NCBI GenBank assembly: GCA_020633415.1
Contig: JACKDQ010000002.1
Span: 256,976-320,975, forward strand
Length of the DNA: 64,000 nt
Direction of reading: 5' to 3'
Source of the DNA: Deltaproteobacteria bacterium
Lineage (GTDB): Bacteria > Myxococcota_A > Polyangia > GCA-2747355
The notes beneath the pieces were generated by a model, which searched no databases, was not told where the DNA came from, and saw only the letters and a program-made list of their open reading frames with translations. The translations under genes and the position numbers were made by a program. Below are positions 45,125 through 53,576 of the stretch, piece after piece (positions within the stretch are counted from its first letter, which is position 1; every line of letters starts with the position of its first letter).

Positions 45125-45862
45125 GTGCGTTCCAAATCACTGCTCATGCTCGGGCTGCTAACGATCGGCGGCTGTCGATTCGACGCTACAGGTCTGCCCG
45201 TTGATGGATCGCCCCGCCTAGATCTGGCCGCCGACGCGGCAACGGATCTGACAGCAGCCGATGCCAGCGCCGATGGCAAACAGAGCGACGGCAGCAATGT
45301 CTCGCCAGAGTGCGCCAACGAGCCGGCCGGCAAACCGTTGTGCCGCTTTGTCGATGCGGCTGACACGCGCGGGCAAAGTGGCACCTGCCAAGATGGTCGC
45401 TTTGTCGTGCGCCGCAACTGCTACGCCAGCGCGCCCTGTGCACGTGAAGGGCTAGCCGCGGGCTATTGCACCAAGGCCGTATCGACCTGTACCACCTGCG
45501 ATGACAACCGCCAGTGCGCGACGACCAGCGGCGTCTGTACGCTGTTGTTTACAACCGACGACAATGGCGTCGAGCTGAAACGCTGCTGCGTGGAGGCCGG
45601 CGCGAATGGCAGCGGAAAAGCAGCGACAACTTGCGCCGACGGACGCGCTTGCCAGAGCGGTCTGTGCAAGATCTCCGGCCACTGCGTCGAAACCTGTCAG
45701 CCTGCCACAGCCGCCTGTTCTAGCGGCCAATGCGGACTCGGCTTTGTCGATCTGCGGCCACAACAAGCACAGCTGATGTGTGCGTCCCCGGGCGGTGATG
45801 GCGGCATCGCCGATGGCGCCGCCGACCTGGCGCTGCCTCCCGACGCATCCGTTCAGGACTAA
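45125..45862 (+). CDS. Cys-rich lipoprotein (hypothetical)
   Basis: The ORF track gives 44771..45862, but its 5' part overlaps the KS gene. The likely start is GTG 45125 or ATG 45146 (SLLMLGLLTIGGCRF lipobox). The mature part has more than 20 Cys, including CQSGLCKISGHCVETC and CSSGQCGLG. Confidence 0.5.
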   Translation: MRSKSLLMLGLLTIGGCRFDATGLPVDGSPRLDLAADAATDLTAADASADGKQSDGSNVSPECANEPAGKPLCRFVDAADTRGQSGTCQDGRFVVRRNCYASAPCAREGLAAGYCTKAVSTCTTCDDNRQCATTSGVCTLLFTTDDNGVELKRCCVEAGANGSGKAATTCADGRACQSGLCKISGHCVETCQPATAACSSGQCGLGFVDLRPQQAQLMCASPGGDGGIADGAADLALPPDASVQD

Positions 45863-45899
45863 CGCACAGTCTTCAACGGGCGATCCCAGCGACGTGAAC

Positions 45900-46718
45900 A
45901 TGCCACCATCCGATTCCGCGCAACAACGCCCGGCCTGGCTGATCGCTGCGATTCCCGCGCTCGACGCCGAGACCCTCGATCCCAAAGGTGACCGTCCTGG
46001 ACGCCTCGAGGCCCGACGCTTTGCCCGCATGGACCACTTCAGCCAACTATGCAGCGCCGCCGGTGGAAAACTGCTCGATTTGCTCGAGCGAAGCGGCGAA
46101 CTGAACGCGACGACAGCCAAGATCGGCTTGTTTGTCGGCAGCGCCTACGGTGCGCACCAGGCCAACGAACAGTTCTTTGCCTCGGTAAAGACACCGAGCC
46201 CGCGCCTGTTTCCCTATACCTTGCCGAGCAGCGCCGGCGCCGAACTCGCCATCGCCTATCGCATCAAGGGCCCGACACTCACCTATGCCCACGGCGACGG
46301 CGCGGGGCTCCAAGCGCTGGCCCACGCAGCAAGCTTGATCGCCGACAGCCAACTCGAGATCGCGATCATCATTGGCGCTGACGTATGGTCGCCGACACTT
46401 CACCAAACCGCACCCAGCGTGGCCCGCGCTGCCGCTGTTGCGCTCGCGCTGCGCAGTACGCCCAGCGAGCCGACGGTCTGCGTGGGCGATAGCTTTCAGG
46501 CCTCAGGCGAACAGGCGCTGTCGCGCGCCGCTGCCTACTGGGCTAAGGTCGCCCCCCATGCCGAGAGCATTGTCGTCTCCCCCGAGCAGCGAGACCTACT
46601 CGGCGCCACCGAAGGCCTCGCCCGCGCCTCTCGTTGCCAACCGACGGCCGCCGGGATAACCGTCTCGGTCCTCGGACCAGGCCCGACGGTCGACAGTGTG
46701 CTGTTGATCGGCGGTTGA
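45900..46718 (+). CDS. Ketosynthase-fold protein lacking the active-site Cys (chain-length-factor-like)
   Basis: The ORF track gives 45780..46718; I prefer ATG 45900. LFVGSAYGAHQANEQFF...FPYTLPSSAGAELAIAYRIKGPTLTYAHGDGAGLQALAHAASLI has the thiolase/KS N-terminal layout. GDGAG sits where KS enzymes have the nucleophilic Cys elbow. Confidence 0.55.
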   Translation: MPPSDSAQQRPAWLIAAIPALDAETLDPKGDRPGRLEARRFARMDHFSQLCSAAGGKLLDLLERSGELNATTAKIGLFVGSAYGAHQANEQFFASVKTPSPRLFPYTLPSSAGAELAIAYRIKGPTLTYAHGDGAGLQALAHAASLIADSQLEIAIIIGADVWSPTLHQTAPSVARAAAVALALRSTPSEPTVCVGDSFQASGEQALSRAAAYWAKVAPHAESIVVSPEQRDLLGATEGLARASRCQPTAAGITVSVLGPGPTVDSVLLIGG

Positions 46719-46784
46719 TCACGCCGAGCGTTGTGGATTCGAAGAGATTCGCGATAAGCTCTGACACGCTCCGGGGACGTCGAC

Positions 46785-47804
46785 ATGATTCTCGCAGGTG
46801 ACATAGGCGGAACGAAAACGAATCTGGCGCTGTTCGGGCTGGCCGCTGAGCCGACTGCGCTTTCGCCGACAGTGCTGCGCAGCTATCCGAGCGGACAACA
46901 CGCCACCTTCTCAGCGCTCATCGCCCACTACCTTGCCGAGGTCGGCCAACACGCATCAGCGCTCACAGCTGCCTGCTTCGGCATCGCTGGACCTGTCTTC
47001 AGTCAGCGCTGCGAAGCGACTAACTTGCCCTGGGTGATCGACGCTGCCGAACTGGGCGCGCTGCTCGGCATCCCGAGCGTTTGGCTGCTCAACGATCTCG
47101 AGGCCACCGGTTACGGCATTGCCACACTCACCCCCTCGCAAATCGAGCAACTCAACGCCAGCCAACCCGTCGTTGGCAGCAATGCCGCGCTGATCGCTGC
47201 GGGCACAGGCCTGGGCGAAGCGATCCTGCTAGCGACCGACGGCGGTTTCCGACCGATCGCAGGAGAAGGTTCGCACTGCGACTTTGCCCCGCGCAACGAG
47301 CTGGAAATCGAGCTCCTGCGCTACCTACTCGGTGAGTTCGAGCATGTCTCCTACGAGCACGTCGTTTCCGGACCGGGCCTACGCGCTTTGTACCGATTCT
47401 TTAGCCATCGAACGGACGCTACAAAGATCAACGCTGACCTGCGCGCACGCATCGAAGCCAACGCCAACACAGCGCCGGCAGAGATATCGAGCGCCGCCCT
47501 TGAAAGTCGTTGTCCAGCGGCCGTCGCCGCCCTCGACTTGTTCGTCGAACTGTACGCCGCCGAAGCGGCCAACCTCGCGCTAAAGGTCAACGCCCTCGGC
47601 GGCGTCTATTTCGGCGGAGGGATCGCACCGCGTATCGCCAGCAAGCTGCGCGAGCCTCGTTTTCTCGCCAGCTTTAACCGCAAAGGGCGCTTCGCCAAGC
47701 TCACCCAACAAATGCCGCTCTATCTGCTGCACGAACCGCTCGCCGCACTACGCGGCGCCGCTGCCTTTGCTGCAAAACCAAGCGAACGGCGAGGATCCGA
47801 ATGA
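46785..47804 (+). CDS. glk: Glucokinase
   Basis: Motifs are [17 protein letters not shown] (ATP-binding), CFGIAGPV and NLPWVID...[12 protein letters not shown]. The 339-aa length fits the Glk family. Confidence 0.88.
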   Translation: MILAGDIGGTKTNLALFGLAAEPTALSPTVLRSYPSGQHATFSALIAHYLAEVGQHASALTAACFGIAGPVFSQRCEATNLPWVIDAAELGALLGIPSVWLLNDLEATGYGIATLTPSQIEQLNASQPVVGSNAALIAAGTGLGEAILLATDGGFRPIAGEGSHCDFAPRNELEIELLRYLLGEFEHVSYEHVVSGPGLRALYRFFSHRTDATKINADLRARIEANANTAPAEISSAALESRCPAAVAALDLFVELYAAEAANLALKVNALGGVYFGGGIAPRIASKLREPRFLASFNRKGRFAKLTQQMPLYLLHEPLAALRGAAAFAAKPSERRGSE

Positions 47805-49459
47805 CACGACTTTCTGAGCTCCCGGCCTACAACAAACTGCGTGCCCATCGCGCAGAGATCGAGGGACTGCATCTGCGCGAGATGTTTGCTGCCGATCCGC
47901 AGCGCTTTTCGCGCTTCTCGCTGCAGCTCGACGATCTGCTGTTCGACTACTCGAAAAATCGCATTACCAGCGAAACCGTCGGCTTGCTGACCGAGCTCGC
48001 CCAACAAGCCGACCTCGAGCGCTGGATCGGGCGAATGTTTGGCGGCGAAGCGATCAATGAAACCGAAGGGCGCGCGGTCTTTCACGTCGCCCTGCGACAT
48101 CAAGCCAACACACCGATGACGGTCGCCGGGCAAGACGTGATGCCTGCCGTCCGCACGGTCCAGCAGCAAATGCGGCGATTCGTCGATGCCCTGCATAGCG
48201 GTGCACATCTCGGTCATACGGGAAGGAAACTGACGACGGTAATCAACATCGGCATCGGCGGGTCTGACCTTGGCCCGCAGATGGTCAGCACCGCGCTCAG
48301 GCCCTACTGGGTTGAAGCGATCGATGTACGTTTTGTCTCCAACGTCGACGGTGCGCATATCACTGAAGCGCTGCGCGACGCCGACCCAGAGACGACGCTG
48401 TTTATCGTCGCGTCGAAAACGTTTACCACCCTTGAAACGCTGACCAACGCCAAGACCGCCCGTCGCTGGCTGGTCGAAGGCTTGGGCAGCGAAGATGCCG
48501 TCGCCAAGCACTTTGTCGCCGTCTCAACAAACCTCAACGAGGTCAAGCGCTTTGGCATCAACCCACAGAACATGTTCGAATTCTGGGATTGGGTCGGCGG
48601 GCGCTTCTCTTGCTGGTCGGCGATCGGACTGTCGATCGCCTGTGCTGTCGGCATGGAACAATTCGAACAATTCCTGGCCGGCGCCGCATCAATGGATCAG
48701 CACTTTCGCAACGCGCCCCTCGAGCAAAACATACCAGTGCTGCTCGGGCTACTGGGCATTTGGTACACGAACTTCTTTGGCTGCGAAGCTCAGGCAATCT
48801 TGCCCTACGATCAGTACCTCGCACGCTTCCCCGCTTACTTGCAGCAAGCTGAAATGGAAAGCAACGGCAAGCGCACCGATCGTCAAGGGCAACAGATCAC
48901 CGACTACCAGACAGCTCCGATCATCTGGGGAGAACCAGGCACCAACAGCCAACACGCCTTCTTTCAGCTGCTACACCAAGGCACACGGTTGATCCCCACA
49001 GACTTCATCGCGGCCGCCAATCCCAGCACCGAACTCCACGACCACCACCAACTGCTCTTAGCCAACTTCTTCGCGCAAACCGAAGCCTTGATGCAAGGCA
49101 AGACGGCAGAGCAGGTTCATGCTGAACTGAGCGCAGCGGGCGCGAGCCCCGCAACCATCGCCCAGCTCACGCCACACCGCTGCTTTCCCGGCAATCGCCC
49201 AAGCACAGCGCTGCTCTTCGAGCGGCTCACACCGCGGTCGCTCGGCCGCCTGATCGCGCTCTACGAGCACAAGATCTTCGTGCAAGGCGTGCTCTGGGGG
49301 ATCTATAGCTTTGATCAATGGGGCGTCGAGCTCGGCAAGCAACTCGCCAAGCGCATCATCGGCGAGCTAGCCAACGACGGAACTGTCCCCAAACACGACG
49401 CGTCGACCAACGGACAAATCGCTCATTACCGGCGTCTGCGCGAACCCAGCAGCCGCTAG
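47801..49459 (+). CDS. pgi: Glucose-6-phosphate isomerase
   Basis: 552 aa. ATG overlaps the glk stop (ATGA). Motifs are [44 protein letters not shown] and [15 protein letters not shown]. Confidence 0.95.
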   Translation: MTRLSELPAYNKLRAHRAEIEGLHLREMFAADPQRFSRFSLQLDDLLFDYSKNRITSETVGLLTELAQQADLERWIGRMFGGEAINETEGRAVFHVALRHQANTPMTVAGQDVMPAVRTVQQQMRRFVDALHSGAHLGHTGRKLTTVINIGIGGSDLGPQMVSTALRPYWVEAIDVRFVSNVDGAHITEALRDADPETTLFIVASKTFTTLETLTNAKTARRWLVEGLGSEDAVAKHFVAVSTNLNEVKRFGINPQNMFEFWDWVGGRFSCWSAIGLSIACAVGMEQFEQFLAGAASMDQHFRNAPLEQNIPVLLGLLGIWYTNFFGCEAQAILPYDQYLARFPAYLQQAEMESNGKRTDRQGQQITDYQTAPIIWGEPGTNSQHAFFQLLHQGTRLIPTDFIAAANPSTELHDHHQLLLANFFAQTEALMQGKTAEQVHAELSAAGASPATIAQLTPHRCFPGNRPSTALLFERLTPRSLGRLIALYEHKIFVQGVLWGIYSFDQWGVELGKQLAKRIIGELANDGTVPKHDASTNGQIAHYRRLREPSSR

Positions 49460-49833
49460 CCGGCGACTGAAACCAACGAGCGGGCGCTTCGCTCGATGCA
49501 GCGCAGCTCAACCTGCCGCGCACCGAGCGCTTGGGCAAAATGTCTGAGCGCTCGCTCTGCGGGCTCGCGTTCAGCACAAGTAAACAGATCCACCGCCGCG
49601 ACCCCGCGCTCGGGCCAGGTGTGAACGGCGACATGAGACTCGGCGAGCAAGACCACCAGCGTCAGGCCTTGGGGCACAAAGCGATGTGAAACCCGCTTGA
49701 GCTCGGTAAGCCCCGCCCGCTCGATCGCCTCGCTGATATGCGCCGCCATGCCTTCGGCGTCGTTGAGTGTCGAAGCCTCACAACCCGCTAGCTCGAGCAA
49801 CAGATGGTAGCCCACGTGAACCGACAAAGTCAT
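49456..49833 (-). CDS. speD: S-adenosylmethionine decarboxylase proenzyme (small class 1 type)
   Basis: 125 aa with [24 protein letters not shown] (Glu-Ser self-cleavage site and HTWPE) and VDLFTC. Confidence 0.85.
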   Translation of the reverse strand: MTLSVHVGYHLLLELAGCEASTLNDAEGMAAHISEAIERAGLTELKRVSHRFVPQGLTLVVLLAESHVAVHTWPERGVAAVDLFTCAEREPAERALRHFAQALGARQVELRCIERSARSLVSVAG

Positions 49834-49909
49834 TCCTTCGACGAGGGACCTTTGCCCGCGCCGCGAAAGCTTACAACGCTCGATTCAAAACACCAGCGCC
49901 AATTGGCCA

Positions 49910-52900
49910 CTAGACTCCCTGCTCCGCCGCCAGCTCGAGAATCCTCTTGTTTGCCAGCACCTTGCCCAAGAAACACGCGCGGCGAACTGTCGACTCGATA
50001 GATAGCGAGCGCTGCTCGATCTCTTCGCGCGCCCGGGCGAGAACTTCCTGCGCCTCGCCGATCCGGTTGCTTGCCAGGCAGACCTCGGCATGGGTCAAAC
50101 GAATCTCAGCCTCAAACCCCTCGACGCTGCCCAGCTGATCGAGCAGATCGACGGCCTCGCGACTCTGGGCGTAGGCCGCGTCGTATTGCCCAGCATGCAG
50201 GTCGGCACGAGCCACTGCCATCGCTGCCGCCGCGCGAGTGCCCGCAATATCCCACGCGACGGCCAGCTCCAAAGCCTGGCGCGCTTTCTGGCGGCCGGCG
50301 TCTTGCTCATCTGTGGTCAGCTCGGCAAGCGCGGCGTAGAGCAGTGCATCCGCCTCGAGCCGAACATCCTCCAACCGGCGCGCGATGCGTCCGGCTTCGC
50401 GCTCGTAGGCAACTGCTTGTTCGACATCGCCCATGCAGCGGTAGCCATTACCGAGATTGGCCAACGCCGACCCTTCCGCCAAAGGAATGCGCATCTCGCG
50501 CCCTAGCGCCACTGCTTGCTCGAGCACCGCAATACCCTCGACATACTCTCCGAGGTAGATGTGAAAGCAACCGATGTTCCCCAGACAAAACGCTTCTTGA
50601 TAGCGGTTGTCCTGCTGACGAAACATCTGCAGAGCCCGACCCGAAACGTCGAGTGCCTGGACGTAATCGCCGATCGTCCCGACGGTAACACCCAGTTCGT
50701 AGGCCAGCTCGGCAACCAGCGACTCGAGTCCTCCGCTATCGGCCACAGCAAGTGCGTCCTTGAACAAGGGCAGCGCTTCAAAGTGATCTGAACGATTAAA
50801 ATGATACATCGCCAACCAACGCAGCGATCGAGCGGTCCCCTCGGCGTCGCCCAAGTCTGCTGCGAGCTGACGCGCGTGGGCGAAGCTCTCGCGTGCCTCG
50901 CGCTGCTGGCCTAGATTGAGCTGCGCGCGGCCCATGCGTAGGTGCGCCTCAACGCGAGATTGGTGATCGCTTGCCAGCTCCATCATTCGCTCAGCGTCGG
51001 CGAGCTGCTCGCGCCAGCGACCAAGGGCGTTATAGATCCGCTCCCGTCGCGCGACCAGGCGGAAGGTCAATTCGTCGTCATCGACAAGCTCGAGCGCCCG
51101 ACGCGCGTAAAGCAGCGCGGCGTCGTACGCTGAGCGTTCGTAAGCTTTCTGGCAAGCCCGCTCGAAAAGATCGACCGCCCGTCTCGCATTTCCCGCGTCC
51201 GCGTGATGTCCGGCGATCAGCGCCTCGGCTTCCCAACTGCGCAAGTCCTGACTCTCCAGCCAGTGCGCTACTGCGCCATGCATTTGCTGACGCGCCGGCT
51301 TCGGCGTCATCCGGTAAGCGACCTCGCGCGTCGTCTCGTGAAGAAAACGATACTCCCGTTCACCCGGCACAGTGCTTTCTCGAACCGGAACGATCAGACT
51401 ACGTCGCACCAATACCGTCAGATCGTCACCCGTGTAGTCGGGGACCAACAGACGGAGAGCCGACTCCCAGAAATGCGCACCAATCGTCGCCGCCGCTCTA
51501 AGCAACGTGCGCTGACTCGCCGAGAGATTGTCGATGCGCGTCTGGGTCACCGACTCCAACCCGGGCGGAACACCCAGGTCCTCTGGCACGTCGCCCAAAT
51601 ACCAGCCGCTGACTCGCCGCACCAACGTGCCGCGGTCCTCCAAGGAGCGCAAAAATTCCTCGATGAAGTATGGGTTCCCTGCGGTCTGGGCGGCCAACGA
51701 GCGCAGCCGCGCCGCAAGCACCGGACCAACGATCGCGCAAAGCAGTTGCTGGGTCGCAGCCGTACTTAGCGGCTCCAGACCAATCGTCTCTGTCGCGCGC
51801 TCGATGATCGCCAGACGGTCATGCGGCAGCTCATCACGGCGGCCAAGCAAGACCAGCGTAATCCCGTGATCGGCAAGCTCCTCGATCACGCCATCGAGCA
51901 GCTCCGCGGTCTGTGCGTCGCACCATTGGAAGTCATCGACCAAGACGACCAACCGCATCGACGTGCTGACCTGACGAGCAAGTTCGACAAAACATCCGCG
52001 AACCGCCTGATGAAAACGCTGCCGGTCGCTAGACGTTGCCTCCACAGCCCGGCCGCTGGCAAAGAGGCGGCGAAGGTTGGCCAATTGCCCCCGCGAAACA
52101 TTTCCGCCAAAAGACTCGATCAGCCGACGCCAGCGCGTAGCGATCGACGGAGCGGTCAGCTCCGCACCCATCTCGAGTCGTCGGCGCAGCGCGTTGCTCG
52201 CGACGGCAAACGGTGTATCGCGAAGCGCCTGATCGGCACAGAGGTAGACCGGCAGCAGACGCGCCCCTTCTCGCTGCAACGTGGTCACCAACTCGCTGGC
52301 CAGACGGGTCTTGCCCACACCGGCACCACCAAAGACAACCACCGTTTCGCTGACGTTGCTGCTCGTCACGCGGTCGATCACCGCGCGCAAGCGCGCCAGT
52401 TCATCATCCCGCCCGACCATTTCGACGGCCGTGCCGAAAAGCTCGGGCGGACGCAATCCGCTTTCACCGTAGCGTTCGCTGAGCACCAGGTACTCGCGTG
52501 GCGCGTGCCGGCGAACCTCAAACATGCCGCGCACACGGCGGTGTGTGGCCTCACCGATCAGCACCCCACCGACCGGCGCACGCTGCTGAAGCGATTCAGC
52601 CGTGTTGACGGTGTCGCCCATCACTGTGTAGCGGCGCTGCGGTCCAGCACCCACCGCGCCGGCGATCAGCGGACCCGTATTAAGGCCAACGCGCACCGAC
52701 AGCGCGGGCAACCCCTCGCTGATCAACTCGCGACGCAGCTGACCGACTTGGCGTTGCAGCGCGAGCGCCGCCCGTACAGCACGCGTCGCATCTTCGCCGT
52801 AGGCCACCGGGGCGCCAAACAACGCCATCGCGCAATCGCCGATGTACTTGTCGATCACGCCACCGTGCTGCACAACGACCCGATAAACCCGCTCGAAGAG

Positions 52901-53119
52901 CCGATCCATCAAGCTCTTGATCGTCTCCAACTCGAGCTGCGAAGTAAGCGCCGTGAAGTCGACCACATCGGCAAACAGCACCGTCGCGACGCGGATCTCG
53001 TCTTGCCCCACCGAGACATCGGCCAAACGTGCGCCGCAATCCCCGCAGAATCGCTGGGAGCGGGGATTCTCTGCGCAGCAGGCTGCACAAACAATTTTCG
53101 GTGCGTAATCTATCTCCAC
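49910..53119 (-). CDS. Class III adenylate/guanylate cyclase fused to P-loop NTPase (AAA16) and TPR repeats
   Basis: The N-terminal zinc ribbon is CAACCAENPRSQRFCGDCG. The cyclase domain has VATVLFADVVDFTALT...KYIGDCAMALFGAP...VRVGLNTGP. The Walker A is VVFGGAGVGKTRLA. The C-terminus is long and TPR-like. Confidence 0.85.
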   Translation of the reverse strand: MEIDYAPKIVCAACCAENPRSQRFCGDCGARLADVSVGQDEIRVATVLFADVVDFTALTSQLELETIKSLMDRLFERVYRVVVQHGGVIDKYIGDCAMALFGAPVAYGEDATRAVRAALALQRQVGQLRRELISEGLPALSVRVGLNTGPLIAGAVGAGPQRRYTVMGDTVNTAESLQQRAPVGGVLIGEATHRRVRGMFEVRRHAPREYLVLSERYGESGLRPPELFGTAVEMVGRDDELARLRAVIDRVTSSNVSETVVVFGGAGVGKTRLASELVTTLQREGARLLPVYLCADQALRDTPFAVASNALRRRLEMGAELTAPSIATRWRRLIESFGGNVSRGQLANLRRLFASGRAVEATSSDRQRFHQAVRGCFVELARQVSTSMRLVVLVDDFQWCDAQTAELLDGVIEELADHGITLVLLGRRDELPHDRLAIIERATETIGLEPLSTAATQQLLCAIVGPVLAARLRSLAAQTAGNPYFIEEFLRSLEDRGTLVRRVSGWYLGDVPEDLGVPPGLESVTQTRIDNLSASQRTLLRAAATIGAHFWESALRLLVPDYTGDDLTVLVRRSLIVPVRESTVPGEREYRFLHETTREVAYRMTPKPARQQMHGAVAHWLESQDLRSWEAEALIAGHHADAGNARRAVDLFERACQKAYERSAYDAALLYARRALELVDDDELTFRLVARRERIYNALGRWREQLADAERMMELASDHQSRVEAHLRMGRAQLNLGQQREARESFAHARQLAADLGDAEGTARSLRWLAMYHFNRSDHFEALPLFKDALAVADSGGLESLVAELAYELGVTVGTIGDYVQALDVSGRALQMFRQQDNRYQEAFCLGNIGCFHIYLGEYVEGIAVLEQAVALGREMRIPLAEGSALANLGNGYRCMGDVEQAVAYEREAGRIARRLEDVRLEADALLYAALAELTTDEQDAGRQKARQALELAVAWDIAGTRAAAAMAVARADLHAGQYDAAYAQSREAVDLLDQLGSVEGFEAEIRLTHAEVCLASNRIGEAQEVLARAREEIEQRSLSIESTVRRACFLGKVLANKRILELAAEQGV

Positions 53120-53143
53120 CGTCTGCTAAGATGGCCCAAATCG

Positions 53144-53569
53144 ATGGCACGTGTCCACACACCAGCGACTCTGATCGCGATCTTGCTCGCCCTCCAGGCG
53201 GGCTGCAAAACCGACCAGCCGACGCGCCGCGAGCTGTCAACGCCTGCTGCGACCACGCGGCCGACGCCGAAGCCCGCTGCCGGCAGCGGCCAGCCGCAAG
53301 CGAAGCAGCAGGACCCCTGCGTTCGGCTGCGGCAGGAATTTGCCAAGCTGACCCGCGAGGCCGCACCGTGCCATGCCGACAACGACTGCCGCTGTCACCC
53401 CCCAGCGATCGACTGCCAAAGCACGGCAACCACAACTGCCAACGCCAGCCGCATGACAACGCTGCTGGCGCTGATGCGTCTGGCAAGCTGCCAGCTGCCC
53501 AAGTGCGCGCCAAGCGTGTGTGCGGCGCGCTGTCGACGCGGCCAGTGCGTCGCCTCCTCAGCCGTCTGA
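53144..53569 (+). CDS. Small Cys-rich lipoprotein (hypothetical)
   Basis: This is the 3' part of track ORF 51821..53569, the rest of which is antisense to the cyclase gene. It starts at ATG 53144 (MARVHTPATLIAILLALQAGCK lipobox). The mature part has 10 Cys and ends ARCRRGQCVASS. Confidence 0.5.
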   Translation: MARVHTPATLIAILLALQAGCKTDQPTRRELSTPAATTRPTPKPAAGSGQPQAKQQDPCVRLRQEFAKLTREAAPCHADNDCRCHPPAIDCQSTATTTANASRMTTLLALMRLASCQLPKCAPSVCAARCRRGQCVASSAV

Positions 53570-53576
53570 GCTCAAC

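Noticed and set aside
51821-53143. Long + strand ORF (582 aa in the track) antisense to the adenylate cyclase gene. Similar long antisense or alternative-frame ORFs occur at 5486..6331, 15196..16221, 15890..16744, 16261..16959, 18173..18805, 22089..22940, 27422..28030, 28330..29154, 39154..40035, 43120..43755, 44674..45417, 45452..46120, 52680..53513 and 54306..54959.
   Set aside because: All lie inside genes with clear family signatures on the other strand or frame. Their products are Arg/Pro/Ala/Gly-rich low-complexity strings typical of shadow ORFs in GC-rich DNA. Only the last 426 nt of 51821..53569, which lies beyond the cyclase start, was kept as a lipoprotein gene.
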